Virus record (IMG/VR): IMGVR_UViG_3300046167_000921
Location: 96,001 to 160,000 of that record
Length of the DNA stretch: 64,000 nt
Reading direction: 5' to 3' (one strand)
Origin: a virus
Shown here: positions 54,982 through 63,140 of the stretch, piece by piece
Numbering within the stretch: the first letter of the stretch is position 1
Layout: each line of letters starts with the position of its first letter
Program-made: the position numbers and the translations under genes
Notes under the pieces: generated by a model
The model's database searches: none
Told to the model about the DNA's origin: nothing
The model's input: the letters and a program-made list of their open reading frames with translations, nothing else

Positions 54982-56361
54982 ATGTCGTTACCTTTATTTA
55001 TACCCTCGGTCGAAGAAGTTCTGTCCCTTTTGATGAAAAGCCATGCCTCCTATGGGGGTACTGTGCTCATTTCAAGATCAGGTACGGTTTGGAATAACCC
55101 CTCTACAAAATCAATCCTTAATGCTTGGCACCCAAAAGACAGTGCTGGGAGACTACTGCAGACTTCTTTCTTAGATATTTGCGGAAATGGTGACGGTTGC
55201 AAGCTGGGGGTGTTCATAGCTTGCAGTTTGATTCGAGACTTTGTCAGGTTAGGGGAATCTGCTCACCCTGACCATACTGAGAAGGTGAAGAGGGCTTTGC
55301 CTTCAGTGCTTGACCGCATCCCCTCAGTACACGCCTCTGAAAATATTCTTCTAGATATCGGTGTGGGGGGAGGCTTGGATCTAGGTTCTGTGAGATCAGT
55401 CGCTGAAGCTCTAACTCTCTCTGGGGCTTCCTCTTCTCATATTTCATTAGAAAGAGGGAAGGGGGTAGGGATCGAAGTAGAAGAGTCGGACTCATGGGTT
55501 TCAAACACTAGAGTCCATCACGAATCCGAGGTCTATTTAAGTGGGGCTATGTTTGCCCTATTTTCCCGCCCCGTGTTTAAAGTTGAGCAAATTCTCAAGG
55601 CGTTAGAGAATATGGGCTCTTTCGAAGGAAGACCTTTAGTGGTAGTTGCACCCATTATTGGGTCAAAAGCTTTGTCTACGATCAATCTGAACCGTTCTAA
55701 GGGTGTCTTAGATGTCTACGCCTGTGAAGTTCCGCGTGTGACATGGGGTCGAGGCTGGTTAGACGATCTCGCATCCTTCACAGGAGCTACCGTATTTGAT
55801 GAGGGTGTCTATCCTGAATACCTTACAGAGTTCTTCGGTTCAGCCCTTGATGTTGTTTTGAACAGGCGTGAGATGGTGATCACCCCCTATGACGACCATA
55901 CAGAGAGTGCGTCTTTGAGGGCAGACGCTTTGTTGAGGGAAGCTCAGACAATACCTTTTGCACACACACAGGACTTGTGGAAGAAGAGAGCAAATGCGTT
56001 GACGGGTACCCTAGTTAAGATAAAAGTTGGCGGTGTAACTGAAGCGGAAGCACGCTGGAAAAGAGCATTAGTCGAGAAGTCTCTGACCTCTATGGGTGAT
56101 GCCTCCATAAATGGTTGTGTCAAAGGAGTTATACCTATGCTACACCAGCTACCTGTTGAGAACCCACTTCTCAAAAAAGCCCTTTCTTTCCCTTACGCAG
56201 TGGTTTGTGAAAACTATAATACCTCAATAGCAGATAAGAGTATGCTGACAAAACCTCACGCATACGACCACTTCCCTACGGGGAGGTTGAAAGAACTATT
56301 AACAAAAGCAGTTTCTGTGGCAACTACCGTAGGCTCTGTTTGTCACATCACAAGGCGGTGA
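54982..56361 (+). CDS. groEL: divergent GroEL/Cpn60-like chaperonin with degenerate ATP-binding motifs
   Basis: GNGDGCKLG (GDGTTT position), RPLVVVAP, LDDLASFTGATV, KIKVGGVTEAE, LLTKAVSVA; 459 aa. Confidence 0.85.
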   Translation: MSLPLFIPSVEEVLSLLMKSHASYGGTVLISRSGTVWNNPSTKSILNAWHPKDSAGRLLQTSFLDICGNGDGCKLGVFIACSLIRDFVRLGESAHPDHTEKVKRALPSVLDRIPSVHASENILLDIGVGGGLDLGSVRSVAEALTLSGASSSHISLERGKGVGIEVEESDSWVSNTRVHHESEVYLSGAMFALFSRPVFKVEQILKALENMGSFEGRPLVVVAPIIGSKALSTINLNRSKGVLDVYACEVPRVTWGRGWLDDLASFTGATVFDEGVYPEYLTEFFGSALDVVLNRREMVITPYDDHTESASLRADALLREAQTIPFAHTQDLWKKRANALTGTLVKIKVGGVTEAEARWKRALVEKSLTSMGDASINGCVKGVIPMLHQLPVENPLLKKALSFPYAVVCENYNTSIADKSMLTKPHAYDHFPTGRLKELLTKAVSVATTVGSVCHITRR

Positions 56362-56363
56362 CT

Positions 56364-56672
56364 ATGAACGTACCTTTGAGATACTCAATTCCCTTAGACG
56401 ATATCAACGGCATCAATGTAAGTATCGAGGCGTACAGCAAGGCTATATCTTTTTATGAAGAATGGGTGATAGAGAATGGGGAGTGGGAGTATGTAGAGGA
56501 GAGAATCCTGTACCTGACAAACATCCTCTGTGAGTATATGATTGCAGCATCTTTCGCCCAAGAGGGTGCTGTGGCTTGTGGGGTGGGTTCAGGTCTCTAT
56601 GAATCCGTAAAGAAAGACTTCCAGAAGAAACATCCTAACAGGGAGTTCCCGACACAGAGAGAGTTGCAATGA
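56364..56672 (+). CDS. hypothetical protein
   Basis: Start reassigned to ATG 56364, just after the groEL stop. Confidence 0.65.
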   Translation: MNVPLRYSIPLDDINGINVSIEAYSKAISFYEEWVIENGEWEYVEERILYLTNILCEYMIAASFAQEGAVACGVGSGLYESVKKDFQKKHPNREFPTQRELQ

Positions 56673-57346
56673 GGGTTGTCTGTATCTCTGACACGCACAA
56701 TCAACATAACAAGATAGACCTCCCCGAAGGTGATGTTTTAGTTCACTCTGGAGACTTCTCTGGAACAGGCACTCTCAAACAAGTCACCGATTTCATGGGG
56801 TGGTTTTCTTCACGTCCGCACCCACATAAGATCTTAGTTGCAGGTAACCATGACATTACTCTAGATCTACCTTTTTATGAAAACAATTGGCATAGATTCC
56901 ACAAAACCCGCTTATTTGCGAGTGGTATCAAGAACTTTGTTTTAAGGTCTGGTGTTCATTATTTAGAGAACAGCGGAGTCGAGATTCAAGGTGTCAAGTT
57001 TTATGGTAGTCCCTGCCAACCAACCTTCTGCAATTGGGCTTTCAATGTAGATAGGGGTCTTCCTATCCGCTCCGTTTGGTCTAAGATACCCGAAGATACA
57101 GATGTTCTGATTACGCACGGGCCTCCACGGGGCGTGGGTGACGTGTTACACACAGGAGAACCCGTGGGCTGTGACGACCTATGGGAGGCTGTAAAACGAG
57201 TAAGGCCTCAACATCATGTTTTTGGTCATATACACGAAGGTTACGGCTTATATATGATGGAGGGGATAAGCTTTGTTAACCCCTCCATCTGTGACCACAA
57301 GTATGGGATTGCAAATAAACCACTAGTCTTTGAGGTGTCGAGATGA
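56669..57346 (+). CDS. calcineurin-like metallophosphoesterase (MPPED/239FB type)
   Basis: CISDTH, HSGDF, VAGNHD, LITHGPP, FGHIHE. Confidence 0.92.
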   Translation: MRVVCISDTHNQHNKIDLPEGDVLVHSGDFSGTGTLKQVTDFMGWFSSRPHPHKILVAGNHDITLDLPFYENNWHRFHKTRLFASGIKNFVLRSGVHYLENSGVEIQGVKFYGSPCQPTFCNWAFNVDRGLPIRSVWSKIPEDTDVLITHGPPRGVGDVLHTGEPVGCDDLWEAVKRVRPQHHVFGHIHEGYGLYMMEGISFVNPSICDHKYGIANKPLVFEVSR

Positions 57347-57810
57347 ACCGAAAGCATTTAAAGTCACGCATACTACAATGCGACTTGATATCGTCGAACT
57401 CCCCATGTCCTCGGAGGAAGGTAGGTGCTCTCATAGTAGACCCTGAGAGCAACGTAGTGGTCAGTGAGGGTTACAATGGGACTCCAAGAGGGTCGCGGGA
57501 GAGTCTCTGCGGGGGTGATGTGTGTTTACGAGAGTGTAACTCCGTACTGAGTGGTACGTCTAATGACATAGGTTGCCACCACGCGGAGATGAATGCAATC
57601 TTAAACGCCGCTCGGGTAGGTCAATCAACTATGGGGAAGTGGCTTATAGCCAACTGCGACCCTTGCCTCATGTGTGCAAAGGCAATACACCACTCTGGTA
57701 TAAAGGCCGTTTACTGTCCTTCGGAAGTAAACGGGACTTTTGCACAAGGCCTAAGTTACCTAGAGAGGAACGGCGTTTCCACCTTTAAGATAAAGGAGGT
57801 AGGAGAATGA
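57343..57810 (+). CDS. dCMP deaminase (ComEB-like)
   Basis: CPRRKVGALIV, GYNG, HAEMNAI, PCLMCAKAI. Confidence 0.92.
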   Translation: MNRKHLKSRILQCDLISSNSPCPRRKVGALIVDPESNVVVSEGYNGTPRGSRESLCGGDVCLRECNSVLSGTSNDIGCHHAEMNAILNAARVGQSTMGKWLIANCDPCLMCAKAIHHSGIKAVYCPSEVNGTFAQGLSYLERNGVSTFKIKEVGE

Positions 57811-58022
57811 GTGAATATGAGAAAGTAGAACACCCAGACCACTACCAAAGTGAGAAGATCGAAGCCATAGACGTTATCGAGGCTTTCGAGCTCAACTTTT
57901 CTCTCGGGTCTGCGGTCAAATATATATTAAGAGCAGGTAAGAAGCCTACAGAGACCGCTGAAGAAGACCTAAGCAAAGCGGTTTGGTACATACAGCGAGA
58001 GATCCAGAGGAGGGGAGGATGA
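57807..58022 (+). CDS. DUF3310 protein (T7 gp1.7-like nucleotide kinase family)
   Basis: VEHPDHY...IEAIDVIEAF..NFSLGSAVKYILRAGKK...EDLSKAVWYI. Confidence 0.88.
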   Translation: MSEYEKVEHPDHYQSEKIEAIDVIEAFELNFSLGSAVKYILRAGKKPTETAEEDLSKAVWYIQREIQRRGG

Positions 58023-58627
58023 TCATCACAATACTTAGGAAACCCGTAGAGGGAACAGTAGCAGAAAACACTCTTAAGCATGGGTGTGGGGCTATAAATA
58101 TAGATGCCACACGCATCGGTGGGGGGGTTCCCCGTCAAGCGACTGCTGGAAATCGGACTGTAGGATGGGGGGTTCAAAAGGGAGGGTGTTCCTATGAGAA
58201 AGGGACTGGAGTAACCTTTACAAATCAAGGTAGATGGCCTGCTAACTTCATTCTTACCCACAACCACAAAGAGGACTGTGAATTAAAAGGCACGAAGAAG
58301 ATTAAAGAGGGTGAGGGTAAATCTGATAAAGGAGGCACTGAGCGAGAAGTAGGTCTTTACAAGGACGGGCTTAAGAAAAGAGCGAAAGACCACCATCAAG
58401 GAGAAGAAACTATACCTGATTGGGCTTGTGTAGAGGGTTGTCCTGTTAAGAATCTTGATAAACAAACAGGTGTCTTAGTTAGTGGTAAAGATGTAAACCC
58501 AACTAATTCAAACGTGAGTGGTTTCTTTGGTAAGACAGATAATTATTACTCCTCATCTGCGAACTGTGGAGATAGGGGGGGTGCTTCTAGGTTCTTCAAA
58601 CAGTTTAAGAAAGAGAATGATCAATGA
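58019..58627 (+). CDS. DNA methyltransferase middle segment (split MTase part 1 in gene order)
   Basis: LRKPVEGTVAENTLKHGCGAINIDATRI, GRWPAN, GGASRFF; ATGA-coupled. Confidence 0.82.
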   Translation: MIITILRKPVEGTVAENTLKHGCGAINIDATRIGGGVPRQATAGNRTVGWGVQKGGCSYEKGTGVTFTNQGRWPANFILTHNHKEDCELKGTKKIKEGEGKSDKGGTEREVGLYKDGLKKRAKDHHQGEETIPDWACVEGCPVKNLDKQTGVLVSGKDVNPTNSNVSGFFGKTDNYYSSSANCGDRGGASRFFKQFKKENDQ

Positions 58628-59178
58628 TTGAGATTAAAATAGGTGATTGCACACAACGATTAAAAGACCTAGAGGGCAACTCTGTAGACGCAATCATCTG
58701 CGACCCCCCTTATGGGCTAAAGTTTATGTCTAAAGGTTGGGACGACATAGGTAAAGGTTCTCAACAAAGGGAATGGCATAGAAAGTGGCTTACAGAGGCT
58801 CATCGAATCTTAAAACCTAATGGGTTGATTAAGGCATTTAGTGGAACTAGGACTTTTCATCACCTAATAGCGATGATGGAAGAAATAGGCTTCTCAGATT
58901 TACGGGTAGAGGCTTGGACTTATTCGTCAGGATTCCCGAAATCTCTTAACTTAAGTAAAGCACTAGAAAAAAATGGAACTCTGAAAATAGTAGGTCAAGG
59001 ACGAGCTGGTAAAAATGCTCTAGGTCAAGACAGTGGGTATAATAAAACATATAACCCACACACTTATGACATAGTAGAAGCAAATTCTGAAGGGGCTAAA
59101 ACTTGGGAGGGTTGGGGGACAGCTCTTAAGCCCGCTTGGGAGCCTATCTGTATTGGGGTTAAGCAAGGAAGTAACTGA
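58624..59178 (+). CDS. DNA amino-methyltransferase N-terminal catalytic segment (split MTase part 2)
   Basis: IGDC...DAIICDPPY (motif IV), ILKPNG, GTRTFH, SGFPKS, WGTALKPAWEPI. Confidence 0.9.
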   Translation: MIEIKIGDCTQRLKDLEGNSVDAIICDPPYGLKFMSKGWDDIGKGSQQREWHRKWLTEAHRILKPNGLIKAFSGTRTFHHLIAMMEEIGFSDLRVEAWTYSSGFPKSLNLSKALEKNGTLKIVGQGRAGKNALGQDSGYNKTYNPHTYDIVEANSEGAKTWEGWGTALKPAWEPICIGVKQGSN

Positions 59179-59867
59179 TGAAAGACATGATAGAATATTT
59201 CAAGACAATGATCACCCCCCCTGTAAAGGATGCTTGTGTCATTGTGAGTAAACCTAGCGAGATCAACTTTGAAAGCTACCTAGAAGAGGTTTTTGAAGAG
59301 GGGGCTATTGCCTCCTCTCTCCAACCAAAAGCTCACGGTGTCATCCTGCTAGGAGAGCCTACAAAAGAGGAGTCTCAGAAGATTCAAGACATACTCAAAC
59401 CCGGAGGTCACGTAGTCCTAATCCCCGACTCAGATATTGGGTACAAGGGGGTAATCGCCCTTGAGGACACAGGCTTTGAGGTACGAGATGCGATCTTTGT
59501 GGCAGAAGAGGCAGATAGCTTCTATTACACGTCAAAGGCGAGTAGGTCAGAGAGAGAAGCGGGCTTGGTTGCGGAAGAAGGGAAGAGGGGTAACGTTCAC
59601 CCTACGGTCAAGCCTATTGAGATTATGGAGTGGTGTGCTAGAGGCATAGAGGCAAGCTCTACTATAGTAGACCCTTTTATGGGGTCTGGTACTACAGGGA
59701 TTGCAATGTCTCGAAAAGGTCACAACTTCATTGGTATAGAGTTGAACCCAGAGTATGCACAGATCTCAGAGCAGAGGATTCGTCATTGGAAGCCTATTGA
59801 CACTGAGATCAAGTCAGAGGCGAAGCCTGTTGACACTGAGTTCAAGGGTCAGGTTTCTCTTTTTTAG
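59178..59867 (+). CDS. DNA methyltransferase SAM-binding C-terminal segment with a degenerate extra N-terminal copy (split MTase part 3)
   Basis: FYYTSKASRSERE, HPTVKP, DPFMGSGTTG (motif I), FIGIELN; upstream ILKPGGHV...EDTGFEVRDAI. Confidence 0.9.
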   Translation: MKDMIEYFKTMITPPVKDACVIVSKPSEINFESYLEEVFEEGAIASSLQPKAHGVILLGEPTKEESQKIQDILKPGGHVVLIPDSDIGYKGVIALEDTGFEVRDAIFVAEEADSFYYTSKASRSEREAGLVAEEGKRGNVHPTVKPIEIMEWCARGIEASSTIVDPFMGSGTTGIAMSRKGHNFIGIELNPEYAQISEQRIRHWKPIDTEIKSEAKPVDTEFKGQVSLF

Positions 59868-61243
59868 AACTCGTCGTCCATGTCATAACCCATGAGGTCT
59901 TCCTCATAACCCATGTGGTCGTCCATCATAGCCATGAGTTCCTGATCTTCACTCATGTGGTCATACATACCCATGTGTTCTTCCTCATTGCTCTCTACCT
60001 CTTCACCGTAGAGACCCTCGACAAAACGAGATGCGACGCGACGACCCGCTGTTGGGTTATGGTATGCCCTCCGAGTTACGAACTTCCTTAACTTTCTTCC
60101 GAAGCTCATGTCCAGCTTTGTTCTCTTGTCAGTCTTGATGTTCTTAAGCGTGACGTTTGAGAGATCTACGCCAGAGAGATCTGCCCCTCTAAGATCTGCA
60201 CCTGTAAGATCCGCACCGTCGATAGAAAGAACGCCTGTGAGATCCGCACCGTCAAGATTCGCACCCCTTAACTTCGCATCTGTCAGATCCGCACCTTCGA
60301 AATTGCTTCCGTCAGAGAGATCTGCTTCTATAAGGATTGTGTTTCTCATCTTAGCGTTTGTGAAATCTCCGCCCTTAAGTTTACAAGATTTCATGTTAGC
60401 ACGATTAAAGTTAGTTCCTACAAAAGATCCGTTTTCTGCAGAAGACCCTTCAAGATTTGCACCCTCGAAAATGAGAGATTCTAAGTTCGCCAGATTTCCA
60501 AACGAGCCTGAATAGGTGATCCTGCTAAGATCTGTCCTCATTGAGAAGGTACACCCTTCGAGAGCCCCTTCGTCTTCAAATTCGATGCCCACAAGGTCGG
60601 TTTTTTTAAATGAAGTGCCATTGACGCTGTGGATCTTCTTAACTCCAATGAAACTGCATTCTTCAACCTCACCATTCATGATGACAACGTTTGTCAGATC
60701 CGCGTGGTTAAAGATGACTCTCTCAAGACCATCAGCGGTTGCCATGTTCGCGTTCGCCATAGTTGCTCTGGTAAAGTTAGCTCCCCTCAAAACAGTATTG
60801 TTTATGTTTGTGAAGTTAAGGTTAGCCCCTACGAACTGTGCCATCGTAAGATCGGCATTTTCGAAATTAGCCATGCCTATCCTGAGGCCACTAAAATTAG
60901 ACCTCTCCAATTCACAGTCAGAAAAATTCGTATGGGACACAGTCACAAGCCCCTTAATCTTGGTGAAGTCCCTCTGGTTGAGGTTCATATCAGAGAGATC
61001 CGCACTAGGGATGTATTTACCTAGCTTTTCAATGATATCGGGATCTTCCTTTTTTTTGTAATTGATGTAATTTTTGAGTGCCTTATCATCCTTTTTACTT
61101 TTTTTCAATGCTTCAAGGAGTACTTGCTCTTGCTCTTCATCCTCTAACCCAGCCTGGCGTGCGGCGGCTCTCCTCACCCTGTTAAGGTAAGCTCTTCTCT
61201 TCATTGCGAGTTGTTTCTGAACTCTTCGTGATGCTCGTCTCAT
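59864..61243 (-). CDS. pentapeptide-repeat protein with basic N-terminus, RRVASRF tag and acidic Met-rich tail
   Basis: Start reassigned to ATG 61243 behind AAGGAG; A(D/N)(L/F)xx repeats; MSFGRKLRKFVTRRAY...GRRVASRFV. Confidence 0.9.
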   Translation of the reverse strand: MRRASRRVQKQLAMKRRAYLNRVRRAAARQAGLEDEEQEQVLLEALKKSKKDDKALKNYINYKKKEDPDIIEKLGKYIPSADLSDMNLNQRDFTKIKGLVTVSHTNFSDCELERSNFSGLRIGMANFENADLTMAQFVGANLNFTNINNTVLRGANFTRATMANANMATADGLERVIFNHADLTNVVIMNGEVEECSFIGVKKIHSVNGTSFKKTDLVGIEFEDEGALEGCTFSMRTDLSRITYSGSFGNLANLESLIFEGANLEGSSAENGSFVGTNFNRANMKSCKLKGGDFTNAKMRNTILIEADLSDGSNFEGADLTDAKLRGANLDGADLTGVLSIDGADLTGADLRGADLSGVDLSNVTLKNIKTDKRTKLDMSFGRKLRKFVTRRAYHNPTAGRRVASRFVEGLYGEEVESNEEEHMGMYDHMSEDQELMAMMDDHMGYEEDLMGYDMDDEF

Positions 61244-61632
61244 GTTGTTTCTCCTTTGAATGACATAGCCACTATTGTAAGCCATAAACAAGATATAAAA
61301 GACATAGTGTTTTTTTGAACTTCCCTATCTAGGTTGAACCTATGACTCTATCCTACAACGTCACCCTCCCTACTTTATTATTTAAAGAGTTCTTTAGTCT
61401 CAGCGGACTTTTCAGTTGAGATATCCTTACTGCCTCTTCCCTGACATGGGCAGGGGGAAAAAGAATAAGCCCCTCCAATCTCCTTCTATAAGAGTAAAGG
61501 GGTACGAGGGTGAGTAGAGTAGGTGTTGAGACAACTAAAAAAATAGGATGGCTGTCTATGCTCATGCTGTAGGAGAGCCTGTAACCTAGTTTAGGGCTAC
61601 TCGGAAGACCCTAATCCAGCCACAAAAACCAG

Positions 61633-61660
61633 AATGTTCTTCTAACACCAGAAGAACATT
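61633..61660. other. perfect 11-bp inverted repeat (hairpin/operator-like)
   Basis: AATGTTCTTCT-AACACC-AGAAGAACATT in a divergent intergenic region. Confidence 0.7.
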
Positions 61661-61716
61661 ACTAGGATAACGCCAGACCTCCTTGATGTTGGGGGGTAAT
61701 TTAGAAGAAAAGGAAT

Positions 61717-61923
61717 ATGAAGATGAAGACCTTGTTTATTAAGAAGAGCGGCGAAGAGTTCTATAGGGAGCTTGATAGAGAAGAGAGGAGAAGATCAGTA
61801 ATCACGATCCGTGAGAGACTCAGTCTCTCAAAGGTTACAAGTGACCCTCTGGAACTCCTTAAAGAGAAGAGGTACAAGAGGGTAGTTCTAGCAGGGGATC
61901 TCTCTTTTAAAGAGATTGGGTAA
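61717..61923 (+). CDS. hypothetical protein
   Basis: AAAGGA RBS; ORF track. Confidence 0.6.
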   Translation: MKMKTLFIKKSGEEFYRELDREERRRSVITIRERLSLSKVTSDPLELLKEKRYKRVVLAGDLSFKEIG

Positions 61924-61928
61924 ATGTC

Positions 61929-62138
61929 ATGTATTACATTGTAGACAGAGCTACAGGCCAGAATTTGCACTATGTTAACAGGGGTATAGTCAAGAAGGCA
62001 TACTCTTTTAGAGTCCTCGCGGCGAAGGATTTAGAGGAGTCTATTTTAGAGAATGCCCAAAGAAAAGATGTTGTAGAAATCTCTAGGTCTGCAAGGCTTT
62101 ACTTGGAGAACCAAAAGAGGCTTCAAAAAAATAGTTGA
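61929..62138 (+). CDS. hypothetical protein
   Basis: ORF track; co-oriented. Confidence 0.6.
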   Translation: MYYIVDRATGQNLHYVNRGIVKKAYSFRVLAAKDLEESILENAQRKDVVEISRSARLYLENQKRLQKNS

Positions 62139-62226
62139 AAAAAATATCGGTAGCTCTGCTCCTATTGTATAATAGTTACTGTTGGGTGACGATACCTGAA
62201 CAATCTTTGAAAAAACAAAAAACAAA

Positions 62227-62299
62227 GGGCCTATAGCTCAGTGGTTAGAGCTCCCGACTCATAATCGGTAGGTCTCAGGTTCAAATCCTGATGGGCCCA
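62227..62299 (+). tRNA. trnI: tRNA-Ile2 (CAT anticodon, lysidine type)
   Basis: Cloverleaf GGGCCTA/TGGGCCC, CGACTCATAATCG anticodon arm typical of Ile2, paired 1-72 (not fMet); CCA not encoded. Confidence 0.85.
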
Positions 62300-62527
62300 T
62301 TAGCACGCACCTCCTCACGGAGGGTCAAAAAAGAGATGACACTGCACGGAAGCATTCTTGTAGGGGGTTCGAATCCTCCGCCTCAGGGTGGCCAGAAGAC
62401 TTCGGTTAGGTTTGGTCGCAGGTTTACTGAAGACTTTAAGCTCTCTCAGAGATAGTTGTATCTTAGGGTTCGATCCCCTTTCCATCATCGGTGGGTTTTG
62501 GTACGGTACAGTGAAGTGTGCTTTTAA

Positions 62528-62599
62528 GCACTCGTAGCTCAGCGGAAGAGCAGTGGCCTTCTAAGCCATTGGTCGCAGGTTCGAATCCTGCCGAGTGTA
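62528..62599 (+). tRNA. trnR: tRNA-Arg (TCT)
   Basis: GCACTCG/CGAGTGT acceptor, TGGC-CTTCTAA-GCCA anticodon arm, GGTTCGAATCC T-arm. Confidence 0.95.
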
Positions 62600-62650
62600 C
62601 TAGGTCGCATTGGGGAAACCTACCCCTACTCTATGAGTGGGGCAATAAAC

Positions 62651-62723
62651 GCATTCATAGCTCAGTCGGAAGAGCACCACTTTCCTAAAGTGGGGGTCAC
62701 AGGTTCGAGCCCTGTTGAGTGCA
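62651..62723 (+). tRNA. trnR: tRNA-Arg (CCT)
   Basis: GCATTCA/TGAGTGC acceptor, CCACT-TTCCTAA-AGTGG anticodon arm. Confidence 0.93.
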
Positions 62724-62799
62724 TTAGGCTCACCCTTTTATCTTTTTACCTTTATATAGGGGGGGTAGATAGGTTGTTGGGCGAGGGTGGGTCTAAGGT

Positions 62800-62842
62800 A
62801 AAAAGGCTGGTTTTCTTATTGAGAGAGCCAGCCTTTTTTTTT
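62800..62842. terminator. bidirectional intrinsic terminator
   Basis: AAAAAGGCTGGTTTTCTT-ATTG-AGAGAGCCAGCCTTTTTTTTT. Confidence 0.85.
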
Positions 62843-62919
62843 ATTTTTTCTCCTCCTTACTTGGTAGAGTGCTATTTGTGTAGGGCGTTCCTACACATTA
62901 CACACACAGGAGAATGGTA

Positions 62920-63126
62920 ATGGGAGACAGCGTAAGAAACGGTTATGAGATTAGGGAATCTCTCTTGGAAATGGCGATCAACATTCTACAAGAGAGGGTG
63001 AGCCAAGAGCGTGAGAATGAGTACCTTAAGCCAGAAGGTACTCGTCAACCCGTTCAAGGCTTTGACGTTAATGATGTTATCAAGGTTGCTCACACGCTTG
63101 ACTCTTTTGTCAGTCGAAAAAATTAA
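62920..63126 (+). CDS. small conserved phage hypothetical protein
   Basis: NGYEIRESLLEMA...DVIKVAHTLDSFV; AGGAG RBS favours ATG 62920. Confidence 0.75.
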   Translation: MGDSVRNGYEIRESLLEMAINILQERVSQERENEYLKPEGTRQPVQGFDVNDVIKVAHTLDSFVSRKN

Positions 63127-63140
63127 GTGATAATAATTTG

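Noticed and set aside
61353-61565. 70-aa minus-strand ORF
   Set aside because: No clear RBS or motif, in a hairpin-containing divergent region; not supportable as a gene.
62425-62450. Ochre suppressor tRNA (CTTTAAG loop, TTA anticodon)
   Set aside because: The flanking stem GAAGA/CTCTC pairs poorly and the acceptor is incomplete; it cannot be supported as a functional tRNA.
62385-62490. tmRNA or tRNA-Sec
   Set aside because: Too short for tmRNA with no tag reading frame; lacks the TCA anticodon and the long acceptor stem of tRNA-Sec.
62633-62920. 95-aa ORF and 63556..63741 ORF
   Set aside because: They overlap tRNA genes and terminators; translation artefacts.
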